Shown here in pieces: positions 18,994 through 28,903 of a stretch of 64,000 nucleotides of DNA (the stretch's first letter is position 1; every line of letters starts with the position of its first letter). The position numbers and the translations under genes are program-made. Under the pieces are notes generated by a model. The model saw only the letters and a program-made list of their open reading frames with translations, ran no database searches and had not been told where the DNA came from. Source of the DNA: an uncultured Bacteroides sp. (GTDB lineage Bacteria; Bacteroidota; Bacteroidia; Bacteroidales; Bacteroidaceae); the NCBI RefSeq assembly GCF_963677715.2, contig NZ_CAXXKL010000003.1, forward strand, positions 720,044-784,043, given 5' to 3'.

Positions 18994-19683
18994 ATGGAGA
19001 TTCTTGTTATTGAAGATGATAACCGAATGGCTGATCTGATCAGTCTGGGGCTAAAGGAAAACGGATATCAAGTGACAGTAGCTTACGACGGAATCGAAGG
19101 ATTCATGCAGTTTGCCACCTGCCATCCCGATCTTGTAATTACCGATATTCTGCTGCCAGGCACCAATGGGCTCGATTTGTGTAAAAGAATTAAAGAAAAA
19201 GACGAAAGTATGCCGGTCATTATGCTCACCGCACTGGGCACTACCAATGAAAAAGTAGAAGGTTTCGATGCCGGAGCAGACGATTACATGGTGAAACCCT
19301 TTGAAATGCGCGAACTATTGGCACGCATACGGGTATTACTTAAAAGAAGCCGGGCCATACGCAACAACGATGTGCTGAAAGTGGCCGATCTGGAAATGAA
19401 CTTGAAGACAAAAACCGTGAAACGCGGCAACAGGGAAATCAGCCTGACTCCCAAAGAGTTCAACCTACTGGCTTTTATGATGAACAACAGCGAAAGGGTA
19501 CTTTCTAAAAGTGAGATAGCTGAAAAGGTATGGGATACACGCTTCGATACCGGCACCAATTTTATTGAAGTATACATCAGCTACCTGAGACATAAGATTG
19601 ATAAAGATTTCCCGAAGAAACTTATCCACACCAAATCGGGAATGGGATTTATTCTGAAAGAAGAACATGAAAATACAGACTAA
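18994..19683 (+). CDS. OmpR-family response regulator
   Basis: REC domain (IEDD, TDILLPG.NG, LTA, GADDY.VKPF) plus winged helix (LTPKEF.LL, NFIEVYISYLR.KID). Start moved to ATG 18994 because the longer ORF contains the promoter. Confidence 0.95.
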   Translation: MEILVIEDDNRMADLISLGLKENGYQVTVAYDGIEGFMQFATCHPDLVITDILLPGTNGLDLCKRIKEKDESMPVIMLTALGTTNEKVEGFDAGADDYMVKPFEMRELLARIRVLLKRSRAIRNNDVLKVADLEMNLKTKTVKRGNREISLTPKEFNLLAFMMNNSERVLSKSEIAEKVWDTRFDTGTNFIEVYISYLRHKIDKDFPKKLIHTKSGMGFILKEEHENTD

Positions 19684-21034
19684 GCTTTCACTCATTTACT
19701 CGTGCATTTTCGGAGTAATCTTACTTATTTTTATCGTTGCCGTCTATTTCTTTTATAGCAATAAAAGTCAAGACGATTATTTTGAGCGTCTCCACATAAG
19801 AGCGGCGTTGAAAGTAGACCTTATCGACGGTGAAACCATTTCGGCAGATATACTACACCTTATCTACGAAAGCACACCCGGAGAGTACGAACCGATGGTT
19901 ACCATATACACCAAACAGGGAAAACTGATTTATTGCGATAAGCAAGAAGTGGCAGAGAGTAATAAACACCTGCAACTTATAGGAAAAGTAAAGCAAAAGG
20001 GCTTTTGCAAAGCATGGGATGAGGATAACAAACAAACCTATGGTTTCCTTATTGAAGGGCTGAAAGGAGAATACGTTGTGTTTGCTACCGGATACGATGT
20101 ACACGGATTCACACGACTAAGCAATCTGCGTTGGATGCTACTGACGGCTTATCTCATTGCGATGATATTTATTGTACTTACTGTCAGACTCTTTGCCCGC
20201 CAGGCCTTCCGCCCGGTTAGCCGCATGATAGACGAAGTGAAAAAGAATAACCCCTCTAACCTGAACATGCGCCTCAATGAAGGTAATCGAAAGGACGAAT
20301 TGGCCTCGCTGGCCATCACCTTTAACAACATGCTGGCCCAACTGGAAGAGGCCTTCAGCGAACAAAAACGATTGGTGTATAACATTTCACATGAACTACG
20401 CACCCCACTGGCTGCCATCATTACCGAACTGGAACTTTCCGAACAGCGAAATTGCGACGAAGAGGAGTACCAACGAGTGATTGGCCAAACATTGAAAGAT
20501 GCCCGCCGACTGGCAAAACTATCAAACAGCTTGCTCGATTTAGCTAAAGCCAGTTACAATGTATCGGGCATCGCCATGCACCCCGTGAGGCTCGACGAAC
20601 TGATGCTGGAAGTTTGCAGTAAAGTGCAAAGAGCAGATTCTCAATATTCCGTTCACTTGCTATTCGATAAAGAACCCGACGACGAAAGTTACATCACCGT
20701 TGACGGCAATAGCTATCTGCTCGAAGTAGCATTCAGCAACCTGGTAGACAACGGTTGCAAATATTCTGCCGATAAAACCTGCGAAATGCATCTTTCATTC
20801 GATAAAGGCCATTGCCTTGTCAGCGTAGTGAATAACGGTACGGATATTCCGAAAGAAGAACAACAAGCCATTTTCACACCTTTTTTCAGAGGAAGCAATA
20901 AGCATGTGGCAGACGGAAACGGCATCGGGCTCTACCTCACACAAAAAATCATCGACCTGCATCAGGGTAACATTGAGCTACAATCAAACCAGAACACAAC
21001 AATATTCACCGTCGAACTGCCCACCACTCACTAA
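19667..21034 (+). CDS. HAMP-containing sensor histidine kinase
   Basis: Two TMs, HAMP (DELASLA.TFN.ML), ISHELRTPL, NLVDNGCKY, GNGIGL. Confidence 0.95.
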   Translation: MKIQTKLSLIYSCIFGVILLIFIVAVYFFYSNKSQDDYFERLHIRAALKVDLIDGETISADILHLIYESTPGEYEPMVTIYTKQGKLIYCDKQEVAESNKHLQLIGKVKQKGFCKAWDEDNKQTYGFLIEGLKGEYVVFATGYDVHGFTRLSNLRWMLLTAYLIAMIFIVLTVRLFARQAFRPVSRMIDEVKKNNPSNLNMRLNEGNRKDELASLAITFNNMLAQLEEAFSEQKRLVYNISHELRTPLAAIITELELSEQRNCDEEEYQRVIGQTLKDARRLAKLSNSLLDLAKASYNVSGIAMHPVRLDELMLEVCSKVQRADSQYSVHLLFDKEPDDESYITVDGNSYLLEVAFSNLVDNGCKYSADKTCEMHLSFDKGHCLVSVVNNGTDIPKEEQQAIFTPFFRGSNKHVADGNGIGLYLTQKIIDLHQGNIELQSNQNTTIFTVELPTTH

Positions 21035-21232
21035 AAAAAGTGTTTTTTAATAAAAGCATCACCAGGTAAACTACGTTCTACATAATTCGAGTATGTTTTT
21101 CAGATGAAATAAGTGCGTTTTCGAAATCAAAGACACACGTTCATTAAAGCTATTTTTATCGTTCTTCCAGATAAATCTTCGCTCCCGTTTTTTCATCCTC
21201 ATCGTTATTGCTATCTTCGCCGTGGAGACAAA

Positions 21233-21306
21233 CATTTCTAATGATTTTCTAATGTTTTTATAATCATTTTCTAACTACAATGAGTGCTAAAATGAGCGTA
21301 CATTTG
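21233..21306 (+). promoter_or_regulatory. Four 11-bp-period direct repeats (OmpR-type operator) plus a -7 box
   Basis: TTCTAAT at 21236, TTCTAAT at 21247, TTATAAT at 21258, TTCTAAC at 21269; TACATTTG at 21299. Confidence 0.7.
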
Positions 21307-21361
21307 TGACGTCGAAAGACAAAATAATAATAGAACCATTCACTTAAAAAAAATTACGATT

Positions 21362-21580
21362 ATGAAAAAGATTATTTTCGCAGCTGCCATTGTAGCTATG
21401 ATGTGTGTAGGAAATGTAGTTGCACAAACTCCTTCTAAGAAGGCTCCAGCTAAAACAGAACAGACAGCAACTAAGAAAGAAGATGTAAAGAAAGCAACTC
21501 CTGCTAAAGCTCACAAAGCAAAAAAGGCTACAAAAGTAGCCAAAGCAAAAGCTACTACAGAAGCAACCGAGACAAAATAA
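21362..21580 (+). CDS. Small secreted Lys/Ala/Thr-rich, probably disordered protein
   Basis: Signal peptide MKKIIFAAAIVAMMCVGNVVA/Q followed by a highly basic low-complexity chain; has its own promoter and terminator. Confidence 0.8.
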   Translation: MKKIIFAAAIVAMMCVGNVVAQTPSKKAPAKTEQTATKKEDVKKATPAKAHKAKKATKVAKAKATTEATETK

Positions 21581-21622
21581 GACTTGACTGAGCTCAAAAG
21601 AGATATTTTCATTTTGTCCGAA

Positions 21623-21662
21623 AAGAGGTGCTTTTTCTATATAGAAGAAGCACCTCTTATTT
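21623..21662 (+). terminator. Terminator
   Basis: AAGAGGTGCTT...AAGCACCTCTT near-perfect palindrome followed by a T-rich tract. Confidence 0.75.
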
Positions 21663-21869
21663 ATAATTCAAGCAAAACACGAAATACCCGATAAATAGTA
21701 ATGCCTACTCATTTGGCCATACGAAAGCCCTCTTACAAACAACAATTAGCGACACAAACTAGTTAAATGAAGTAAACAAAAGCGAAAAACAGACATAATC
21801 ACTTATAGATCAAGCAATTATCAGCTTTATTTCATAACTTTGCACTCTGACAAAATCACAGGTATAAGA

Positions 21870-21986
21870 ATGGCTATATTGATAGGATTTATTATTTTCT
21901 TAGTCGTAGTTGGTTGTTGTTGTTTCATCGCAATACGCAAAGCTCCTTCAGATAAAGATTTGTGGGGTGATGACGACGTAGAATAA
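21870..21986 (+). CDS. Unannotated 38-aa single-pass membrane protein (MAILIGFIIFLVVVGCCCFIAIRKAPSDKDLWGDDDVE)
   Basis: Translated by hand. TM segment, RK after the helix, acidic tail; TAACTTTG -7 box at 21835-21842. Confidence 0.6.
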   Translation: MAILIGFIIFLVVVGCCCFIAIRKAPSDKDLWGDDDVE

Positions 21987-22020
21987 AAACCTGTTTCTAT
22001 TTTTAGACACACTCTTTTCA

Positions 22021-22146
22021 TTACAAATAATAACATTATCGCTGATCATAGGTTTTCTTTGTAAAGGCAACAGGTTTTCTTTGCAAAGAAAACCTGTTGC
22101 CTTTACAAAGAAAACCCGTTGCCTCCATTTCCCTTTTATAAGCCTT
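22021..22146 (+). repeat. Copy 2 of the 22-bp palindrome-array element
   Basis: Contains a perfect 66-bp palindrome at 22051-22116; TTACAAAT upstream and AAGCCTT at 22140. Confidence 0.88.
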
Positions 22147-22244
22147 TTGTACGCAGATTAAAATTAATTACAATTTATATTCCGTGGACTTATAAAACAG
22201 AGATAACGTTGAGCTAAATCTCATCAATCTAACTGCATAAAATA

Positions 22245-23471
22245 TCAATGACCTAATACATTCTCTCCGTCATTCAGCCGTTTGTAGCGGAGCAATGCCT
22301 CTATATAATAATAGTCTGCATAAATAATAGATGCATCAACTTCCGAATGCTCGGGCCAATGCCCCGTAGAATGAAGAAGAAACGAGGGCTTACTTTTCCC
22401 ACTCCGATAAGCCGAAGAATTCAAGCTTTCGAGCATTTTTGTTGCGGCATTTTTGTATTGAGCAGCTTTCTCTCCTTCCAAATAAGTAGAAAGTTCCAGC
22501 AGAGCCGACGCTACAATAGCCGCAGCCGAAGCATCCCGGGGAGCATTAGGAATATCAGGCGCGCTAAAATCCCAATAAGGTACACCATCTTTAGGTAAAT
22601 CATTCAAATAAACATCTGTGATTTTTTGTACAAAAACCAAATATTTAGGGTCATGCGTTTCGCGATAGCAAACCGTGTATCCATAAATAGCCCAAGCCTG
22701 TCCGCGCGACCACATACTATTATCAGCATATCCCTGATGGGTTACTCCTTTTATTAAATTTCCTGTAATGGTATCATATATGGCTACATGATACGAAGTA
22801 TAATCGGGTCTGAATTGACATTTCATCGTTTTATCGGCATGAGACACCGCAATATCATACAATCTTTGGCTACCTCCGTTTTTCGAGGCCCAGAAAAGCA
22901 ATTCCAGATTAATCATATTGTCCATAATGGTATTATAAGGCCAATTATGTAATTTAACCTCTCGCGGCCACGAAAGAATGGTGCCTACCACCGGATTGAA
23001 AAGTGTGGCTAACGTATCGGCTGTATTGAGTATGACTTGTTTATAAACCGGATTTTTCGTGAGCCTGTAAGCATTACCATAACTACAAAAGACAAGAAAT
23101 CCAAGATCATGATCGTAGGCTGGCGTATGAGCTAAAAAGGAAAGAGATGAAGTAAACTTTTCCGCTTCAGATTTAATTGCTGCACTGTGGGTGTATTCAT
23201 AGTCATACCACAATATACCGGGCCAAAAGCCCGATGTCCACTCTTCTTTTGTTGCCTTGTGGCACTCCCATGTTGTAAGACTATCCATTATATTCCGTGG
23301 CATCATGGTATAATCAATTACAGAATCACCCTTGAGTTCATTCAATGTTCGTCCCACCTGAACAGTGCAATAATCTAACGCTTTATCTGCATCTATTATT
23401 CCTACCGATCTTTGTGAACACCCGTAAAAGCACAAAAGTGTCAGACCCAATACTAATTTATTCATATCCAA
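22245..23471 (-). CDS. GH88 unsaturated glucuronyl hydrolase, lipoprotein
   Basis: WTSGFWPG, DHDLGF, IMDNMINLELL, WSRGQAW..YG, RDASAAAI; lipobox FYG-C. Confidence 0.92.
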   Translation of the reverse strand: MDMNKLVLGLTLLCFYGCSQRSVGIIDADKALDYCTVQVGRTLNELKGDSVIDYTMMPRNIMDSLTTWECHKATKEEWTSGFWPGILWYDYEYTHSAAIKSEAEKFTSSLSFLAHTPAYDHDLGFLVFCSYGNAYRLTKNPVYKQVILNTADTLATLFNPVVGTILSWPREVKLHNWPYNTIMDNMINLELLFWASKNGGSQRLYDIAVSHADKTMKCQFRPDYTSYHVAIYDTITGNLIKGVTHQGYADNSMWSRGQAWAIYGYTVCYRETHDPKYLVFVQKITDVYLNDLPKDGVPYWDFSAPDIPNAPRDASAAAIVASALLELSTYLEGEKAAQYKNAATKMLESLNSSAYRSGKSKPSFLLHSTGHWPEHSEVDASIIYADYYYIEALLRYKRLNDGENVLGH

Positions 23472-23513
23472 ATTCTTATTTATTTTACTATTTTTAGTCC
23501 AATATGCACCTTT

Positions 23514-23634
23514 CTATTTAGTTATTCTGAACCAATCGGCATCTATCCAGTCTTCAGGTATATATGATTATTGAGCCGACATATTTAACCAGAGAGGTAC
23601 ACAATAAACCGAAAGCAATCACTTTCTTTACCAT
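23514..23634 (-). pseudogene. Possible remnant of a secreted enzyme gene (signal peptide next to a C-terminus-like segment)
   Basis: MVKKVIAFGLLCTSLV, then after a 1-nt shift (N)MSAQ*SYIPEDWIDADWFRITK*. Confidence 0.35.
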
Positions 23635-23699
23635 GCCTATCAATTTATTTATCTATTAATACGAATTACGCGAGAAACATACTTAAGTAAACAATAAAA

Positions 23700-23733
23700 A
23701 AGGCTGCATAAAACAATTTTAGATGCAACCTTC
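23700..23733 (-). terminator. Terminator inside the PUL, upstream of GH88
   Basis: AAGGCTGCAT...ATGCAACCTT stem with a T run on the minus strand. Confidence 0.5.
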
Positions 23734-23920
23734 TTCATTGTCAAACCCGTATTGTGATAGAACAACATTACATAATAAAAAGAAGCAGGAGAAGCGCCAT
23801 ATTAAACGTACTCAGAAAGACTATAATCTGTCTTCCCGAGTCACCATCATATCCGAAATCAAACAAGGAGAGTCAGGCGTAAAAGCCGCTATTAAAAAAG
23901 ATAGAATATAAAATATTCGG

Positions 23921-25351
23921 TCATTTTATACGTAGTTTCCCTACATACTTTTTACGATTCAGATTCAGATTCAAATCATCCAATGAAGTAATCTTTCTAC
24001 CATTGAGAACAACGTTTTCAAATGAAATATCATCAACAGTGCGATTTTCATCATAGCCCTCAATCAAAGAAGGATTCACATATTTGGCATTACATGTAAT
24101 ATTCCGGAAAACAATATTTTTCACCCCTTTTCCCGGACCTGTATTATATTTCTGATTATACATTACACGCAAATAGAATAGCTGTCCCTCCTGAATGTTT
24201 TCTACCCGAATATCTTCAAAAGTTATGTCTCGCGCCAGATTATGGTCACCCACATTGATAGCCATACATCCCTGATAGTCTCGATCATCTTCATCCTGTT
24301 CCAGAATATCAAGATTGCTGAATAGCATATCTTCCAGCACCTCATCGCCTGTCACGGTATTGCCGTGAGTTCCTATATTTATGGGATGAGCAATGTCTGC
24401 CCAAAGCGTTGAGTTCTGCACTCGTACTTTTCTGCAATCACCGTAAAAATCCCAACGGTGAGTATAAAAGGCCAAACAATCATCCGAATTTCTCATAAAC
24501 ACATCGTCAATAAGAATATTCGAGCATGACATAAAATCGAGCCCGTCAGCCCATCCCTGATAGCTAAATGACTTCAGATTCTTGATTGTAATGCCGGTAG
24601 ACTGTCCTCCTGACACTGTATAATGATGCGGGTCAACTACCGTAATCCCATCAATAAGCACATTTTTTGAATAAGTAATCGAAATACCTTGTTGAGGTTC
24701 GAGTAACATGCCGTGCCCCAAGACCTTCACATTTTCTACACTATCACACACTAAACGTCCCTTCAATACAGCACCACCCTCCAGATATACAATCGTATTT
24801 GAGGGAATACGAAAACTTTTTGTGATACTATCTGTCGGTTCGTGCATGCCCGCTTCAAAGTACATCACATTAGAAGCATTCTTATCCGGAATATCCGTCT
24901 CTATAGAATTAGCAAACAAATGCAAATTATGTAAACGATCGTCATTGAACTCAATAGAGAGATTTTGGGGTTTATCGAGGATAAAAGAAACAAACCGCCC
25001 CTCCACTTTGGGAATAATATGTTTTGATAACGGACGAATGTTCACGGAACGGACTTCTTCGTTATTTTTCTGCACCAATACCTCTATTTTTCCCGAGAAG
25101 TCGAACTGCACCATCGAAGCATCCGACTGAGTATCCATATCCACCTTTACATTATATTCGTAAAGATCAATCCATTCCTTTTCTCCAACCTGACGCACTT
25201 TTACCGTGTAATCATCGTTATGTTTGCTATAGTATAATTGTTTGGGTACAGGATATGTTACAATCTTAGCTTGCCCTAGATATCTGGACTGAGCTAAACT
25301 ACATGTTATGCAATTAAAAAAGAGCCCAAGACTTAGAAGAAAGTTTTTCAT
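23921..25351 (-). CDS. Right-handed beta-helix glycoside hydrolase (GH28-like)
   Basis: Signal peptide, YFEAGMH, VYLEGGAVLKG, WADGLD, NSDDC and repeated beta-helix turns (FSNLDI, FEDIRVE, FRNI, FENV). Confidence 0.7.
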   Translation of the reverse strand: MKNFLLSLGLFFNCITCSLAQSRYLGQAKIVTYPVPKQLYYSKHNDDYTVKVRQVGEKEWIDLYEYNVKVDMDTQSDASMVQFDFSGKIEVLVQKNNEEVRSVNIRPLSKHIIPKVEGRFVSFILDKPQNLSIEFNDDRLHNLHLFANSIETDIPDKNASNVMYFEAGMHEPTDSITKSFRIPSNTIVYLEGGAVLKGRLVCDSVENVKVLGHGMLLEPQQGISITYSKNVLIDGITVVDPHHYTVSGGQSTGITIKNLKSFSYQGWADGLDFMSCSNILIDDVFMRNSDDCLAFYTHRWDFYGDCRKVRVQNSTLWADIAHPINIGTHGNTVTGDEVLEDMLFSNLDILEQDEDDRDYQGCMAINVGDHNLARDITFEDIRVENIQEGQLFYLRVMYNQKYNTGPGKGVKNIVFRNITCNAKYVNPSLIEGYDENRTVDDISFENVVLNGRKITSLDDLNLNLNRKKYVGKLRIK

Positions 25352-25381
25352 ATAAAATCATAGCTATTATTTTCACTTACA

Positions 25382-26971
25382 TTAATAATTATTCACCGAA
25401 TGAATATATTCAATCTTCACCGGTTCTCCGCAAGTATTCCCAAAATCAAGCATCAAAGAAACGGTTATTTTACTCCCAGTAAACAATGTACCATTATTAG
25501 AACGACTTCCAGCAATGCGGAAAACATAGATGCCATTCTCTATTTTCACAGCATCTTTCTCATCAAAAGTCCAGAATTCAGGAGCACTCATCACACTATA
25601 ACTCAATTGTAGCCAATTTTTCTTCCTCTGTTCAGGCATATGCGATATTTTGATGGAAATAAACGGATATTCACTTGCGTTATAACGAATACCTTTCTTA
25701 AATAATGAAATACCGGAAGAAACAATTGCCATGCTACCGTTCACTGGCAATAACTTTGCCGAAGCAAAAATCCAGTCAGTCGAGTATTTCATGGGATATT
25801 CATCTATCATGCCACGAGAATTAATAGCTTGCGGATTCCCTAGATAGAATAAAAGGGTCCCAAAACCCGGGTTATCGCAAGCAAATCCAGGTCCTTCAGG
25901 ACGAGTTCTCTCTAATACCGTCTGAGTATAAGGCATTTTCAAATTTTTACGTTCCGTATAATGATTATATGCCAATTCAAATACCGAGCGAAAACGTCCT
26001 ATCCCTTCTTTTCCTAAAGATTGCCAATTGGAATATTTTCCCGTAATATCTTTCCAAGTAAAAAACGGCACTTCATAACCTAAATTGGATTTAGCCAAAT
26101 ACTCACATCCCTTCATAATACGGTTATCCAATGCACTGTAAAGATCATCACCTTGGTTCCATGCCACTTCTGCTATCTCCGACAGACAACCTATGCCTAG
26201 CATGCAGTGTTGCTGATCACGTCCACTTTCTTGTATCTGTCCATTTTCAGCCACATAATTGGGCAAAGAACCATTATCTTTTCCATGATAGAAAAAATCA
26301 ACGGCATTCTTATATAATTTCTCATCATTTAGAAAAACGCCAAAAGCCAGTTGTGCCTTTGTTACTGCAAGCCCCCAATTTCCATTTGTATAGGGCTTAG
26401 TCTGATAGAAAGATGTCAATACAGGCTGAAAGACATTACGCAACATCCCTTCTACCTTCCGGGTATCTTCGTCGTCCCATCCGTCTTCATAAATAGTTGA
26501 CGAATAAGTATATCGTATAATCTCTGCCGCATTAACAAGTATAAAACCCTGTAAACCTGCACAAAGAGGTTCATCAGGCCCATATATTTTTTGCAACTGA
26601 CTAGCATACGCCCTGATTATCTCCATCGTTTTTTTCGCATAGCGTCTATCCTTTGTAAGGACCCACATCAATGCATTGTAATATGCCGCATTAAAATCTC
26701 GTTCACAGGGATCTTTAGTATACCCATATTCTCCCGCCCGACTGATATTTTTAAATGGACCTCTCATGTTATACATGAAAGAAGCTTCTAGCGTTTTACT
26801 GAGAATGTCGTATGAACCTATAGCTGGTTGCACCTTTTGTTCTACTAATACACGAATACGCTCCAATGCATCCTGTGTATGTAAAATACCCGGATGCCTA
26901 AAATCTCGTGCAAATGAACTATTACCACATAAGACGATGATCAGACAAAAAAACAATCCCGTTTTTCTCAT
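25382..26971 (-). CDS. Alginate-lyase-like domain protein (polysaccharide lyase of unknown specificity)
   Basis: F.HPGILHT, YYNALMW, NGNW, QESGRDQQH, GCEY.AK.NL. Confidence 0.7.
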   Translation of the reverse strand: MRKTGLFFCLIIVLCGNSSFARDFRHPGILHTQDALERIRVLVEQKVQPAIGSYDILSKTLEASFMYNMRGPFKNISRAGEYGYTKDPCERDFNAAYYNALMWVLTKDRRYAKKTMEIIRAYASQLQKIYGPDEPLCAGLQGFILVNAAEIIRYTYSSTIYEDGWDDEDTRKVEGMLRNVFQPVLTSFYQTKPYTNGNWGLAVTKAQLAFGVFLNDEKLYKNAVDFFYHGKDNGSLPNYVAENGQIQESGRDQQHCMLGIGCLSEIAEVAWNQGDDLYSALDNRIMKGCEYLAKSNLGYEVPFFTWKDITGKYSNWQSLGKEGIGRFRSVFELAYNHYTERKNLKMPYTQTVLERTRPEGPGFACDNPGFGTLLFYLGNPQAINSRGMIDEYPMKYSTDWIFASAKLLPVNGSMAIVSSGISLFKKGIRYNASEYPFISIKISHMPEQRKKNWLQLSYSVMSAPEFWTFDEKDAVKIENGIYVFRIAGSRSNNGTLFTGSKITVSLMLDFGNTCGEPVKIEYIHSVNNY

Positions 26972-27053
26972 TATTTGTTCTTATTATGAAATACAGCCCG
27001 AAAATCATACCAATATTTTTTCGGGCTGTAAGTTATAAACACCTATTAAATTA

Positions 27054-28877
27054 TCACCAACCAGGATTATTGCCCAATTCCTGGCCGTTAGACAATGTAT
27101 TCAACCAATTAATCGGAATTGGACGGTACATATACTTGCTTTCAAAGCTCGACTGGTTCAAGAGTGTCTGCATTAGGCCCCCAGTAATATGAGTCACATC
27201 CCAATTATATTTCAAAACCCTTTCTGCTAATTTACCGGTGCGCTGCAAATCATTCCATCGTGGCGCTTCACCATACAATTCCAATGCACGCTCGTTCAAC
27301 ACATCATCAATTGTAACAGTACCTGTATATTCCTGTAAACCACTTTCTGGAGCATTGTTCATAGCTCTTTTCCTTACCACATTTATGTAATATAATGCAT
27401 CTGTATTATCATTATTCTTCACTGCAGCTTCGGCAGCTATCAAGTAAGTCTCTGCCAGACGAAATAAATAAAAATCGCGGGTACCATTTTCTACTGTACC
27501 AGAACTATTATACCTCGTATTACAATCCTTGAATTTCCATACAGGCAACCATATGCGCGATTTAGCATTTAATGACTGATAGCCATCTTTGTAATAATCA
27601 TCATTAGTTACATCTGAATAACTTCCCGTTGGATAGTTATAGAAAAAACGCCCTCTTTCATTGGCCTCTTTTTTCTCAGCATCTGAATAATATTTATAGC
27701 TGGTTTCACCAGGTACTGGGAAGTAAATAACAGTATCACCTTTAGCCACATTTACTCCATTTGTACTTTCAAACCAATTTCTGCCATAAGTGCGACCATC
27801 TACAGAAGTTGTAGCATTGCCGTTTAGCGGACTCATAAACGTAACCTGAGTACGCCTATCTTTGTTCCAATCAAATAGTTCATAAGCATATTTTGTCGGC
27901 ATAACAGAAGCATAATCATTACAGTAGATAGATGAAAAACCGAGATCTGTCCATCCCTCACGGTATACAAATAAATAATATTCAGACTGAATATTTGTAT
28001 TGCAGTTATTGCCTGCTGAAAAATTGATATCAAAGATTATTTCATTATTTTCCTCATTAGCTTGTCGATGTACCATTGCATAATCATCCAATAAAGCATG
28101 ACCAGAGTTATTAATCACATCAACAGCATCATTATATGCCTTTTTGAAATCATCAGGCTCCGCAAAACTCTGATAACCACGCGTCAGATAAACCAAAGAG
28201 CGCAAATGTTTAGCTGCTGCTTTTGATACACGCCCATAATTAGCTGACGTTTGCTTCATCGGTAGTGAAGAATCTAACACATCTTGTAAATCCTGTAAGA
28301 TCTGTGTATAAAAAGCTGCACCATTTGCATATTCAGCCGTAGTAGAAGCTGTTTTTGGTTCCTCAAGAATTAACGGTGCTTGCCCCCAATTTTTCACAAT
28401 TTCAAACAGATATAATGCACGCAAGAACTTTGCTTCTGCTACACGTTGTGATAAAACCCCTGGATCTATTCCCTCAAAAATATCCACATCATTTGTTACT
28501 ACCCCTTTTGCACGACCAATGGCAGCATTGACATTTTTCAAAGCGGCATACAATGTTTTCCATTGATTATAAATTACGCTATTATCATTTGTGTAATTTA
28601 CGGTATATTGATTAAGAGCATTCGCATCACCTCCATAATTTTGGGTACCTATATCGGTACCTAACTGTGTGAATTGAAAATAATTTATATTATTATATAC
28701 TGACTTTAATGTCTCATAAGTTCCATTAATAAGAGATTCATAACCCGTCGCCGTAGAATAATACTCCTCCGCTGACTGACTGGCTATATTTGTTTCATCC
28801 AGAAAAGAAGAGCAACCGCACATCACTAATAGCGACATTGCGACCCCCCCTTTTATAATAAAGTTCATTGCTTTCAT
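27054..28877 (-). CDS. SusD/RagB-family lipoprotein
   Basis: Lipobox MCG-C, AEAKFLRALY, FRLAETYL..AEA, ERALEL.GE..RW.DL.R. Confidence 0.93.
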   Translation of the reverse strand: MKAMNFIIKGGVAMSLLVMCGCSSFLDETNIASQSAEEYYSTATGYESLINGTYETLKSVYNNINYFQFTQLGTDIGTQNYGGDANALNQYTVNYTNDNSVIYNQWKTLYAALKNVNAAIGRAKGVVTNDVDIFEGIDPGVLSQRVAEAKFLRALYLFEIVKNWGQAPLILEEPKTASTTAEYANGAAFYTQILQDLQDVLDSSLPMKQTSANYGRVSKAAAKHLRSLVYLTRGYQSFAEPDDFKKAYNDAVDVINNSGHALLDDYAMVHRQANEENNEIIFDINFSAGNNCNTNIQSEYYLFVYREGWTDLGFSSIYCNDYASVMPTKYAYELFDWNKDRRTQVTFMSPLNGNATTSVDGRTYGRNWFESTNGVNVAKGDTVIYFPVPGETSYKYYSDAEKKEANERGRFFYNYPTGSYSDVTNDDYYKDGYQSLNAKSRIWLPVWKFKDCNTRYNSSGTVENGTRDFYLFRLAETYLIAAEAAVKNNDNTDALYYINVVRKRAMNNAPESGLQEYTGTVTIDDVLNERALELYGEAPRWNDLQRTGKLAERVLKYNWDVTHITGGLMQTLLNQSSFESKYMYRPIPINWLNTLSNGQELGNNPGW

Positions 28878-28903
28878 GTGTTCTAATTTAAAATGTCAAA
28901 CAA

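Noticed and set aside
21827-22036. 69-aa minus-strand ORF
   Set aside because: It is the antisense shadow of the plus-strand 38-aa ORF, which has the promoter and the membrane-protein pattern.
23723-23911. 62-aa plus-strand ORF, and hydrophobic fragments on the minus strand
   Set aside because: The ORF is antisense to the PUL with no motifs; the minus-strand frames are interrupted and cannot be assigned to a family by eye.
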